64,000 nucleotides of DNA from an uncultured Terracidiphilus sp. (GCA_964445025.1 CAYUJM010000003.1:5475-69474); one strand, 5' to 3'; shown: positions 51,850 to 61,740, counted from the first letter of the stretch. Numbers and translations are program-made. The notes: generated from the sequence alone by a model not told the origin.

Positions 51850-54800
51850 ATGAAGAATGTGACAGGTAGCGGAGTTGGAAGGCATGCATTGAGCATCAGC
51901 CTGTTGTCCTTGGCGTTCTGCATGTTTGTGGGATCGTTCGGCCGGGCGCTGGCCCTTGCGCAATCAGCGGAGCAGGCGGCGCAGGTTGTCAAATCGCTTG
52001 ATGGCAAATCCAAGGCGGTGGTTGCCCGCCTGTCCGAGTTGGATCAGCTGCCGGCGGATGAGTGGCGCTTCCACGTGGGAGATCTGGCGCATGGGGAGTC
52101 CACCGAACTGGACGACTCGTCATGGCAGGTGGTGAAGGCCCAGGCACAGGGAGCGCAGGAAGCGGAGTGGTTCCGTCGGTGGATTGAAGTGCCGCAAAGC
52201 CTCCATGGCTACGACTTGACCGGCGCGCGGATTTGGTTCTCCTTCTCTGCCAATGCCAATGGCCCCATGCCGGAGATCATCTACTTCAACGGGCGTCGCG
52301 TGGCTCTGGGCGACGATCTTGAGCCGATCGTCCTCTTCGATAAGGCCAAGCCCGGCGACAAAGTTCTGGTGGCCGTGAAGCTGTTGCACACCGTGGATAA
52401 GAAGACCTTCGACGGCGCAAATCTCAAGATCGACTTTGCCGAGAACCGGCCGAATCCGGAGGACCTGCGGTTGGAAATCCTGTCCGCGTCCTTGCTTGTT
52501 CCCAGTCTCTCGAAGAGTGTCGAGGCCGACACGGCGACTCTGGAGAAGGCAGCGGGCGCGGTGGATTTGGATGCTCTGGATGCAAAGGACCAGGCAAAAT
52601 TCGACGCTTCCCTGAAGCAGGCGCAATCCACGCTCGAGCAGCTCAAGCTGCTGTTGCAGCAGGGGACGCTCCATTTGACGGGCAACTCGCACATCGACGC
52701 GGCTTGGCTCTGGCCCTGGACGGAGACCGTGGACACGGTGAAGCGTACCTTCGGCACCGCGTTGCAACTGATGAACGAGTACCCCGATTACACCTACACC
52801 CAGTCCGCGGCTCAATACAACGCATGGCTCGCTGACAAGTATCCGCAGATGAACGATGAGATCAAGCAGCGCATCAAGGAAGGGCGTTGGGAGATCGTCG
52901 GCGGAATGTGGGTCGAACCCGACTTGAACATGCCCGATGGCGAGGCACAGGTACGTTCGCTCCTGGTGGGCAAGCGCTGGTTCCAGAAAGAATACGGCGT
53001 CGACGTCAGGATCGGGTGGAATCCTGATTCCTTCGGATACACCTGGCAGTTACCGCAGATTTACAAGAAGTCCGGCGTCGACTACTTCGTCACGCAGAAG
53101 ATGACCTGGAATGACACCAATCAGCTTCCCTTCAAGCTCTTCTGGTGGGAGTCGCCGGACGGGAGCAAGGTGCTGACTTACTTCCCGCACGACTACGCGA
53201 ACGACAATCTGAACCCGGTGCGTCTTGCCTACGATCTGTCCCAGGCGCGGGAGAGAGCGCCGGGGACGACCGAGATCATGGACCTCTATGGCATCGGCGA
53301 TCATGGCGGCGGGCCGACGCGTGCAATCCTGGATGAGGGTGTGCACTGGATGCAGCCGGATAAGGTCGTTCCCAAGTCGAATTTCGGAACTGCCCAGACT
53401 TACTTCACCAGCATTGAAACCAAGTTGGCCGCAGACTCGCCGGTGTGGGATTACGACTCCATCGCCAAGGGATACAAGGCTCCCGCAACGCCGGCCGATG
53501 GGCAGGTTGCGATTCCCACCTGGAAAAGCGAGCTCTATTTTGAATATCACCGCGGCGTGATGACCACCCAGGCCAATCACAAGCGCAACATGCGCGACAG
53601 CGAAGAGCAGGCCATCAACGCCGAGAAGCTGGCGTCGCTGGCGTGGCTTGCGGGCAAACCGTATCCCGGCGATGCGCTCACCGAAGCGTGGAAGAAAATC
53701 ACCTTCAACGACTTCCACGATCTGGCCGCGGGCTCGGGCATCGGCATCATCTATAAGGAAGCGCAGAAGGACTTCGACGATGTGCGCTGGGCCACGAACG
53801 AAATCTCCCAGCAGTCGCTGAAGACTGTGTCTGCCGCGATCAATACGCAGGTAGCCGGGGGCGTGCCTGTCCTGGTGCTGAATCCGCTGGCCTGGGAGCG
53901 TTCAGGGCCGGTCACGGTGGATGTGCAGTTACCCACCGCAGCCGCGGGTGGCGTCTCCGTGCTGGACGCGGCCAACCACGTTGTGCCGTCGCAGGTGCTC
54001 AAAAGCGATGCTGCGACCAACAGCTACAAACTCCTGGTCCTGGCCAACAATGTGCCGTCCCTGGGCTACAAGGTGTTGCACGTCGTCTCCGGCGCAAAAA
54101 CGTTTGCCAGCGATCTGAAGGCAGAGGGATTCAAGCTGGAAAACTCCGCGCTGAAGGTCACGGTAGACAACCAGACCGGCTGCATCACCAGCCTTTACGA
54201 CAAAAAGACGAAGTTCGAGACACTCGCTCCGGGCGCCTGCGGCAACCAGTTGCAGACGTTCAAAGACCTGCCCAAGGATTACGATGCGTGGAACATCGAT
54301 CCCGGCACGCTCGATCATTTCACCTCCATCGATAAGGCCGATTCTGTCGAGCTTGTCGAAAAGGGCCCGCTGCGCAGCGCAATTCGTGTCACGCGCACCT
54401 GGCAGAGTTCGAAGTTCGTGCAGGACATCACGCTCGACGCCGGCTCGGATCAGGTGGACGTGGTCAACGACATCGACTGGCATGAAACGCATGTCTTGCT
54501 GAAGGCTGCTTTCCCACTCGCCGCCACCAGCAACAAGGCCACTTACGAGGTCCCATACGGCAGCATTCAGCGGACCACGACGCGCAACAATAGCTGGGAG
54601 CAGGCGCAGTTCGAGGTGCCGGTGCTGCGCTGGGCCGATCTGGGCGATGGGCAGCACGGCTTCAGCCTGATCAATAACTCGAAGTATGGCTACGACGATA
54701 AGGACAACGTGCTTCGTATCTCCCTGCTTCGTTCGCCCACCTGGCCCGATCCGGACGCCGACCGCGGACATCATCACTTCACCTATGCACTCTATCCCCA

Positions 54801-55182
54801 CAGCGGCGATTGGAAGCAGGCGCTGACAGTGCGCCACGGGTACGAATACAACTACCAGTTGCAGGCCACTCAGGTGCAGTCCCATGCCGGGAGCATGCCG
54901 GCAGAGTTCGCGTATGTAACTGTCAAGCCGGAGAACGTTGTACTCACGGCAATGAAGAAAGCCGAGGATTCCAACAGCTTGATCTTCCGCGTGTATGAAT
55001 GGGCAGGGAAATCAGGGGATGTTGAATTCCATGTGCCCAAGGGCGCCACGGGAGCAACCATCACCAATCTGATGGAAAAGCCTGAAGGCACAGCACTCAA
55101 GGTCGCGGACGATACGGTTACGGCTCCGATTCATCCGTATGAAATTCTGACCCTGCGTGTGGACTACACAGCAAATCAATAG
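51850..55182 (+). CDS. glycoside hydrolase family 38 alpha-mannosidase (secreted)
   Basis: ATG 51850 with a signal peptide. Classic GH38 blocks LTGNSHIDAAWLWPW, GRWEIVGGMWVEPDLNMPDGEAQVRS, GWNPDSFGY, FVTQKMTWND. 1110 aa. Confidence 0.92.
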   Translation: MKNVTGSGVGRHALSISLLSLAFCMFVGSFGRALALAQSAEQAAQVVKSLDGKSKAVVARLSELDQLPADEWRFHVGDLAHGESTELDDSSWQVVKAQAQGAQEAEWFRRWIEVPQSLHGYDLTGARIWFSFSANANGPMPEIIYFNGRRVALGDDLEPIVLFDKAKPGDKVLVAVKLLHTVDKKTFDGANLKIDFAENRPNPEDLRLEILSASLLVPSLSKSVEADTATLEKAAGAVDLDALDAKDQAKFDASLKQAQSTLEQLKLLLQQGTLHLTGNSHIDAAWLWPWTETVDTVKRTFGTALQLMNEYPDYTYTQSAAQYNAWLADKYPQMNDEIKQRIKEGRWEIVGGMWVEPDLNMPDGEAQVRSLLVGKRWFQKEYGVDVRIGWNPDSFGYTWQLPQIYKKSGVDYFVTQKMTWNDTNQLPFKLFWWESPDGSKVLTYFPHDYANDNLNPVRLAYDLSQARERAPGTTEIMDLYGIGDHGGGPTRAILDEGVHWMQPDKVVPKSNFGTAQTYFTSIETKLAADSPVWDYDSIAKGYKAPATPADGQVAIPTWKSELYFEYHRGVMTTQANHKRNMRDSEEQAINAEKLASLAWLAGKPYPGDALTEAWKKITFNDFHDLAAGSGIGIIYKEAQKDFDDVRWATNEISQQSLKTVSAAINTQVAGGVPVLVLNPLAWERSGPVTVDVQLPTAAAGGVSVLDAANHVVPSQVLKSDAATNSYKLLVLANNVPSLGYKVLHVVSGAKTFASDLKAEGFKLENSALKVTVDNQTGCITSLYDKKTKFETLAPGACGNQLQTFKDLPKDYDAWNIDPGTLDHFTSIDKADSVELVEKGPLRSAIRVTRTWQSSKFVQDITLDAGSDQVDVVNDIDWHETHVLLKAAFPLAATSNKATYEVPYGSIQRTTTRNNSWEQAQFEVPVLRWADLGDGQHGFSLINNSKYGYDDKDNVLRISLLRSPTWPDPDADRGHHHFTYALYPHSGDWKQALTVRHGYEYNYQLQATQVQSHAGSMPAEFAYVTVKPENVVLTAMKKAEDSNSLIFRVYEWAGKSGDVEFHVPKGATGATITNLMEKPEGTALKVADDTVTAPIHPYEILTLRVDYTANQ

Positions 55183-55220
55183 TCGTTGGCAGGCGTGCGC
55201 GGGTGCGCTGCTTGCTCCAC

Positions 55221-55257
55221 GTGGCGCTCGGATCCTATCCGGGCGCCACATTTTTTT
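55221..55257 (+). terminator. Rho-independent terminator after the second GH38 gene
   Basis: GTGGCGCTCGG ... CCGGGCGCCAC stem (one mismatch), followed by A and then seven T (55251-57). Confidence 0.75.
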
Positions 55258-55262
55258 CATCT

Positions 55263-56309
55263 TCAGGCAGTGGCTGGATGGCAGCCGCAGGAATTGCGCA
55301 GGATCAGGCAGGTCTTCAGCTTGAATTGCCGCGCCATCTTGGAAGAAGTCGATGGAGCGGCCTTGCGCTCATCGAATAACTGCTCGAAGAGAATCTCCGC
55401 CGCCCTGCGCCCGATCTCTTCTACCGGCTGCTGGATTACGCTGATGGAGGGCCGAACCGTTGAAGCAAGCTCGAAGTCATCGAAGCCCAGCAAGGCAATG
55501 GTTTGGGGCACCGGGATATTGAACTTCTGCAGCGCCTCGAAGGCGTAAATAGTAGTGCTGTTCTTGAGAGCAAAAATGGCGTCCGGCGGATTCGGTCCGT
55601 CCAGCAGGTTCTTTACGGCGTATTCGGCGGACTTGTAGTCCGTGACTGAGGTGTCGAAGATGGGTGTCAAATGCGCGGATTCGATAGCCTTGCGATATCC
55701 GTTCATTCGCTCGCGAATGGTGTACAGGCTGCTTTCCCCGGTCAGGCACACAATCCGCTTGTAGCCGTGATCGATCAGATGCTGCGTGGCAGTCATCGCG
55801 CCCTTCAGGTTGTCGGCCACCACCGAGGTGATCGACGAGTTGCCCACGGGGCGATCGATCGCCACAACCGGTATGGCGACCCGGTTGAGCAGGTCGCGCA
55901 GGGCGTGACTCTGCGAGTCGGCAGGCACAATGATGAGCCCGTCCACTCGATGGCGGATGAGAACGTTCAAGTTATCCAGCTCATTGCGCGCGTCGTTTGC
56001 CGTCACCGTCACAATCAGCAGCGAATCGTTGGTGCGCGCCACAGCTTGTGCGGCTTCGGCGCAGCTTGAAAAGAACGGATCGGCGATGCTGGGAATTACC
56101 AGCCCAATGGTCTTGGTGCGGTGACCTTTCAGGGTCCGTGCAGCCTGGTTCGGCATGTAACCGAGTGCTTCAATCACCCGCCGCACATGATCCAATGTTT
56201 TGGGGCTCACACGATCGCCGCCGTTGATGACGCGGGAGACTGTAGTGGTGCCAACGCCCGCTTTTCGGGCGACCTGGCTGAGAGTTGGGTGCGTGCTTTG
56301 CTTAGCCAT
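55263..56309 (-). CDS. LacI-family transcriptional regulator
   Basis: Start at the ATG 56307-56309. HTH PTLSQVARKAGVGTTTVSRVINGG, followed by a periplasmic-binding-protein-like effector domain. Confidence 0.92.
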   Translation of the reverse strand: MAKQSTHPTLSQVARKAGVGTTTVSRVINGGDRVSPKTLDHVRRVIEALGYMPNQAARTLKGHRTKTIGLVIPSIADPFFSSCAEAAQAVARTNDSLLIVTVTANDARNELDNLNVLIRHRVDGLIIVPADSQSHALRDLLNRVAIPVVAIDRPVGNSSITSVVADNLKGAMTATQHLIDHGYKRIVCLTGESSLYTIRERMNGYRKAIESAHLTPIFDTSVTDYKSAEYAVKNLLDGPNPPDAIFALKNSTTIYAFEALQKFNIPVPQTIALLGFDDFELASTVRPSISVIQQPVEEIGRRAAEILFEQLFDERKAAPSTSSKMARQFKLKTCLILRNSCGCHPATA

Positions 56310-56805
56310 TTGAATGCGGCTTAGTTTGAGTACTTTGCCGTGTAATAAGTCTATGCCGCCCAGCCTCAAAAGTTAAGTTTCTCCACAAGATTTCACTCTG
56401 CAGCGCAGGAAAACTCTTGTCGGGATGCGCGCAAAGACAGGCTTGCCTGCTGGTGGGGACTGCAGCGAGCTAACAGCATGCAATTATCTGCAAACTCGGC
56501 ATAGCTCTGGCAGGATTTGTGGCAGCTTTTGATCGTTTCCGGCTCAAGTAAGCACGAGCAACTAAGTCTGAAGCGTGTTCGATCGCGGCTCCTTCCGCTT
56601 GCACAGACATTTCAATCTTCAGGGGCAGCCGATTGTTTCACTCACCTGCCCGGTTGCGCCGCCCGCAGGCATCCCGCGCGATCGTGGCCTGCTTCTTGAT
56701 GGCTTCATCATGGGATGGATTCGGGGCTCACGGCATTTCACTTATGCGTCGCGACAAACCGGCTTCCATCAGGCGCAAATTGGGTTTGCGCGTTGATCGT
56801 GCGTG

Positions 56806-56819
56806 TGGTATCGTTTCCA
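56806..56819. promoter_or_regulatory. LacI-type operator candidate (site 5), upstream of the ROK kinase
   Basis: TGGTATCGTTTCCA, identical to site 4, about 130 nt upstream of the ROK start codon. Confidence 0.6.
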
Positions 56820-56949
56820 ATTACGGCAATTCAAGGCAGGCAAATGCGGGCTCTGTTAATTCGCTGGGGACTCTTTCTTTTCCCGTTTGCCTGGCAAACC
56901 AACTTAATAAGGGTGCTCTATGGCATCCAAACGCGTACGGTGATTTGAG

Positions 56950-58017
56950 ATGGCCCCGGAAAACTCGCGGTTACTGACAATTGGAATCGATTTTGGCGGT
57001 ACGAATCTGAGGATTGCCGCATATACGCCGGATATTGGCCTCCTGAATTCCATAGCTCTGCCCACGCGTCTTGAAGCAGGCCCGCACGCCGTCCTTGATG
57101 ATATGTGCGGCGCCATCCTCCAATTGCTCGACCAATACTCTGAAACCTACAGGCTCGCCGGCATCGGAGTTGGATCGCCTGGCCCGCTCGAGTTGCCTGC
57201 CGGGCGCCTTCATCACCCGCCCAATCTTCCCGGATGGGACGGATTCAATCTGCTTGCCGAGATGGAAGCGCGCCTGCGCATGCCGGTTGCGGTGGAAAGC
57301 GACGCCAACGTGGCGGCGCTTGCCGAGTACTCTCTCGGCCTGGGCGCGCAACTTGGCGTCGATTCCCTGTGCATGCTCACCCTGGGCACAGGTGTGGGCA
57401 ACGGAATCATTCTGGATGGGAAGCTATGGCACGGCGCCACCGGCATGGGTGGCGAGGCCGGTCACATGACCATCGATCCCGACGGCCCAGTCTGCGGCTG
57501 CGGCAACAGCGGTTGTCTTGAAGTTTGCGCTTCCGCCACAGCTCTCGTGAGCGCCGCCGAACGCCTGATCGTGGCCGGCAAAGCGCCAGGACTCGCCCGT
57601 CTCAAAGAGAGTCTCGGCACGTTGACCGCTCTCGATCTCGCTCAGGCCGCGCGCCAGGGCGATCCGGATGCTGTGGACATATACGCCCAGACCGGGCGCG
57701 CACTTGGGCTAGCATTGGCCGGCCTGATCAATATTCTCAATCTGCCGCTCTATGTGGTCGGAGGTGGAGTCGCCGAATCGTGGGATCTGCTCGCGCCCTC
57801 TCTCTTTGTTGAACTGGAACGGCGCAGTTATGTCTACGCGCTTACCGCGCCCGGCAGACCTGCCTCAGACGGCGTGCCGGGTGGTGGCACGCAGGTGCTG
57901 CCCGCAAAGCTGGGTCCGGAAGCCGGCCTTCTCGGCGCGTGTATTCTTCCCTTGCATTTATCCAGAACGGCGTGCTCAAGCCCGGCAACCGTCTCCACAC
58001 CGCGTGAACGAAACTGA
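56950..58017 (+). CDS. ROK-family sugar kinase (glucokinase/mannokinase-like)
   Basis: ATP-binding N-terminus IGIDFGGTNLRIA, the ROK signature region, and the zinc motif CGCGNSGCLE. Confidence 0.9.
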   Translation: MAPENSRLLTIGIDFGGTNLRIAAYTPDIGLLNSIALPTRLEAGPHAVLDDMCGAILQLLDQYSETYRLAGIGVGSPGPLELPAGRLHHPPNLPGWDGFNLLAEMEARLRMPVAVESDANVAALAEYSLGLGAQLGVDSLCMLTLGTGVGNGIILDGKLWHGATGMGGEAGHMTIDPDGPVCGCGNSGCLEVCASATALVSAAERLIVAGKAPGLARLKESLGTLTALDLAQAARQGDPDAVDIYAQTGRALGLALAGLINILNLPLYVVGGGVAESWDLLAPSLFVELERRSYVYALTAPGRPASDGVPGGGTQVLPAKLGPEAGLLGACILPLHLSRTACSSPATVSTPRERN

Positions 58018-58131
58018 CTCAGGACAGATTCGGCGGCTGGCTTTGAATTCGGCGTCCTACGTTCTGTTTTCTCCCAGTGGACGAGTGATCTTCGGGAAAT
58101 AATGTAAGACGAGTTAGCGGTTTCTTCTCAA

Positions 58132-60618
58132 ATGTCAGGAGAATGCCGAATGGAGAACAGGGCAAATCCTAAGAGTGTCAGGGGCTCGGGCTTGCGGCTG
58201 GAGACCATCTGGCAGGACTTTCGCTATGCGGCTCGCCAGTTGCGGCGCAATCCAGGCTTCGCGCTCACTGCGATCCTTACGTTATCGCTTGGCATTGGTG
58301 CCAGCACCGCCGTTTTCAGCGTTGCGTATGGCGTCCTCATCGATCCGTTCCCTTACAAGGATGTACACACGCTGGCCACGCCCAAGCTCTGCTCACCGGA
58401 GTGGCAGCAATGCGGAGGAAGGAACTATACGCCCGCGCAGTTCAATGAAATTGCCGAAAAGACCGACATCTTCAACGGCGTAACCGCGTCCACCATCAGC
58501 GACGTGGTGCTCACCGGCGTTGGCGAACCGCAGCGCCTGCGCGGCAACTACATCACCCCCAACACCTTCGATGTGCTGGGTGTGCAGCCCTTGCTGGGGC
58601 GCGACACAACAGAGAACGATGTTACCAACAACCGCGAGGAAGTAGCCCTGCTCAGTTACCGATTCTGGCAGGCGCACTACGGTGGCAGCCGCGCCATTCT
58701 TGGGCAAACACTCAACTTCAACGGGCACCCCCGCACCATCATCGGAATCATGCCGCCCCGCTTTTTGTGGCGCGGTGGCGATGTCTACCTTCCCATCAGG
58801 ATGACCAATGAGCCGGAGGTGCAAGGGCAGGGATACTTCACTCTTGTGGGGCGCCTGAAGCCCGGAGTCACCGATGCGCAGGCAGCGGCTGAACTCACGC
58901 CGATCTTCGACGATTTCAAAAAGACAGCGCCCTTCAGATTCCCGAGAAACCTCAGTCTCGGTATCCTGCCCTTCGACGAGATGTTCAAATCGAACCTCGC
59001 AAGCACCCTGTATCTTCTGTTGGGCGCATCCTTCGTGCTCCTGTTTATTGCCTGCGTGAATGTCTCCAGCCTGCTGCTGGCGCGCGCCGTCAACCGCGAA
59101 CGCGAGTTCGTGATTCGCGCTTCCGTTGGCGCATCGCGTAAGCGTCTCGTCCGTCACGCCCTCACCGAATCTTTGATGTTGTCGTTGGCTTCCATGCCGG
59201 TTGCGCTGGCCTTTGCCTATGCTGGACTCCGGGCAACGCTCATGATCGTCCCGGCGGAGACCATCCCGGATGAAGCCGTGATCACCATGAACTTCCCGGT
59301 GCTGCTCTGCTCGTTAGGCATCGCATTGGCCACGGTGGCCATTTTCGGCCTGGCGCCCGCGTGGCATAGCGCAAGTCCGCGCCTGGCCGCGGCTCTCAAC
59401 GGAGTGCGCTCCTCGGGCCGCCGCGCGCAGCGGCGTTTGCTCAGCGGATTTGTCGTCACCGAGATTGCGCTTTCGCTGGCCCTGCTCATGCTCGCCGGCC
59501 TCATGGTGCGCTCGCTCATTGCTGTTGAAAGCGTGCCCGTGCCCTTCGCTCCCGACCGCACGCTGACCTTGCGCTTGCCCGTCTCCGTGGCGCACTATCC
59601 AACCGCGGAGAGCCGCGCCATCTTCTTCCGCGATCTGCTGGACCGTGTCCGAGCGCTTCCCGGTGTCTCCACGGCCACCGTTGACGCCGCCTTGCCCTTC
59701 ATGGACATGGACGATGAACGCGTGCAAATTGGTGGCGAGCCGGAGGACAAGCGGGTTGTATCCCTCCACCTCACCAGCCCGGAGTTCCTCGCCCTTTCCG
59801 GCAGAAGCATGCTGCAGGGGCACTTTCTCGACGCGCGCGAAATCTCGTCCCAGTCGCATGACGCCGTCATCTCTGAGAACTTCGCTCGACGTTACTTTCC
59901 CGGCGAAAATCCCGTGGGCCGCACCGTTCATCTGCCGGACTTCAAGCCGGATGGCAAGAACAAGCTTGCGGACGACGCATTCACCGTCGTTGGGGTCATG
60001 ACCGATCTGCCCTTCTTCACTTACTTTCGGGAGAGCTATCCGCACATCCTGCTACCGTACACAGTGGCCCCGGCATCTGCGAGCACGCTTATCGTATCCA
60101 CGTCTCTGCCTGCCGGCGAGCTGATCAATCCTGTGCGCCGCACGGTTTATGCGGTCGATAAAGACCAGCCCATCGTCGATTCCATGACCCTCCGCCAGAT
60201 TCTCGACATGTATGGCTACGCCGGCCCGCGCTTCTCCTTAGCGCTCTTCGGGGCCTTCGCCGCCGCGGCTCTTACGCTCGCGCTGGTGGGGGTTTATGGT
60301 GTTCTCTCCTTCGTCACTTCGCAGCGCACGCAGGAGATTGGAATTCGCATGGCGCTCGGTGCCAACCGGGCGCAGATGATGCGCATGGTGCTGCGCCAGG
60401 CTCTGGTGCTTGCTCTGCTTGGAGTAGCTGTTGGGCTTCCGCTCGCCTTCGTTGCCGGACGCCTTGCGCAGGGAGAGTTGGTTCATACCTCGCAATACGA
60501 TCCGCTCACGTTGGTTGTGGCCGTCTGCGTCCTGCCTCTGTTGGCTGTGGCCGGAACGTACCTGCCGGCGCGGCGTGCCGCCAACGTCAATCCTGTTTCT
60601 GCCCTGCGGTCTGAGTAA
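58132..60618 (+). CDS. MacB-like ABC transporter permease, ADOP family (duplicated orphan permease)
   Basis: N-terminal WQDFRYAARQLRRNPGFALTAILTLSLGIGAST. Two MacB_PCD/FtsX modules in about 828 aa. No adjacent ATPase gene. Confidence 0.88.
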   Translation: MSGECRMENRANPKSVRGSGLRLETIWQDFRYAARQLRRNPGFALTAILTLSLGIGASTAVFSVAYGVLIDPFPYKDVHTLATPKLCSPEWQQCGGRNYTPAQFNEIAEKTDIFNGVTASTISDVVLTGVGEPQRLRGNYITPNTFDVLGVQPLLGRDTTENDVTNNREEVALLSYRFWQAHYGGSRAILGQTLNFNGHPRTIIGIMPPRFLWRGGDVYLPIRMTNEPEVQGQGYFTLVGRLKPGVTDAQAAAELTPIFDDFKKTAPFRFPRNLSLGILPFDEMFKSNLASTLYLLLGASFVLLFIACVNVSSLLLARAVNREREFVIRASVGASRKRLVRHALTESLMLSLASMPVALAFAYAGLRATLMIVPAETIPDEAVITMNFPVLLCSLGIALATVAIFGLAPAWHSASPRLAAALNGVRSSGRRAQRRLLSGFVVTEIALSLALLMLAGLMVRSLIAVESVPVPFAPDRTLTLRLPVSVAHYPTAESRAIFFRDLLDRVRALPGVSTATVDAALPFMDMDDERVQIGGEPEDKRVVSLHLTSPEFLALSGRSMLQGHFLDAREISSQSHDAVISENFARRYFPGENPVGRTVHLPDFKPDGKNKLADDAFTVVGVMTDLPFFTYFRESYPHILLPYTVAPASASTLIVSTSLPAGELINPVRRTVYAVDKDQPIVDSMTLRQILDMYGYAGPRFSLALFGAFAAAALTLALVGVYGVLSFVTSQRTQEIGIRMALGANRAQMMRMVLRQALVLALLGVAVGLPLAFVAGRLAQGELVHTSQYDPLTLVVAVCVLPLLAVAGTYLPARRAANVNPVSALRSE

Positions 60619-60744
60619 CAAAAGCCGAGCGAATCCCGGTCCGCATAAGAGGTTGGGGATTCCACGCCGTGTTATGCTTGACCCGCATGGCGAGTGGTGC
60701 TGACCTGCTTTTTCGGCCACTTCTGCCGCATCGTATTCAACCCT

Positions 60745-61740
60745 ATGAAAGACATTTACATCGCCGATCTGGCCAACTTCGACGAAGGCAAACTCTTCGA
60801 CGGTTTTTTCCTTGTTCTGGCCAAGCAGCAGAGAACCACAAAGACGAACAAGCCCTACTTGAACCTCATCCTTGGCGACAAGACCGGCCAGCTTGAAGGG
60901 CGCGTATGGGAGCCCGGCGACCCGCGCATCGCCAGGGACTTCGACCGCGGCGACATCGTGAAGGCCCGTGGCAGCGCCTCGCGCTTCGACGACCGCCTGC
61001 AGATGAAGATCGACCAGCTCCGCCTTGCCCAGCCCTCCGAAGTGGACAAGGCAGATATGCTGCCCTCCACCACCTACGATGTTGCGGCCCTGTGGTGGCA
61101 GCTTCTCGGTTTCGTCGACAGCCTTGCGAATTCCGATCTCAAGCTGCTGCTGGCCACCATGCTCGAGGATCCCGCACTCGCCGAGGCCTACCGCGAAGCG
61201 CCCGCCGCCAAGCAGCTTCACCACGCCTGGCTCGGCGGACTGCTGGAGCACGTCGTCAGCCTCTGCACGCTGGCCGACCGCGTCGCCCCGCACTACCCGC
61301 TCATCGACCGCGACCTGTTGCTCACCGGCGTCATTCTCCACGACATCGGCAAGGTACGCGAACTCACCTGGGAAATCGGCTTCGAGTACAGCATTGAAGG
61401 CATGCTGCTGGGCCACATCCAGATCGGCGCCGCGCTCGCCGAGCGCGCCATCGACAGCCTGCCCAACTTCCCGCCCAAGCTCAAGACGCTGGTCCTGCAC
61501 ATGATCCTCTCGCATCACGGCAAGCTCGAGTTCGGCTCGCCCAAGCTGCCCATGATCCCCGAAGCGCTGATGCTCAACTTCATCGACGACCTCGACGCAA
61601 AGATGCAGGCCGTCTCCGCCGAGTTCGACAAGTCCGCCCGGGAAGGCAAAGGTCCCAACGAGCTGACAAACAAAGTCTGGGCCCTCGACAACCGGCAGTT
61701 GCTGAATACCAGGCGCTGGCTGGGGGAAGACAGGGAATAG
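60745..61740 (+). CDS. OB-fold + HD-domain 3'-5' exoribonuclease, YhaM-like
   Basis: ATG 60745. An OB-fold N-terminus (GDKTGQLEGRVWE...KARG) and HD-domain blocks HHAWLGGLLEHV, ILHDIGK, ILSHHG. Confidence 0.82.
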   Translation: MKDIYIADLANFDEGKLFDGFFLVLAKQQRTTKTNKPYLNLILGDKTGQLEGRVWEPGDPRIARDFDRGDIVKARGSASRFDDRLQMKIDQLRLAQPSEVDKADMLPSTTYDVAALWWQLLGFVDSLANSDLKLLLATMLEDPALAEAYREAPAAKQLHHAWLGGLLEHVVSLCTLADRVAPHYPLIDRDLLLTGVILHDIGKVRELTWEIGFEYSIEGMLLGHIQIGAALAERAIDSLPNFPPKLKTLVLHMILSHHGKLEFGSPKLPMIPEALMLNFIDDLDAKMQAVSAEFDKSAREGKGPNELTNKVWALDNRQLLNTRRWLGEDRE

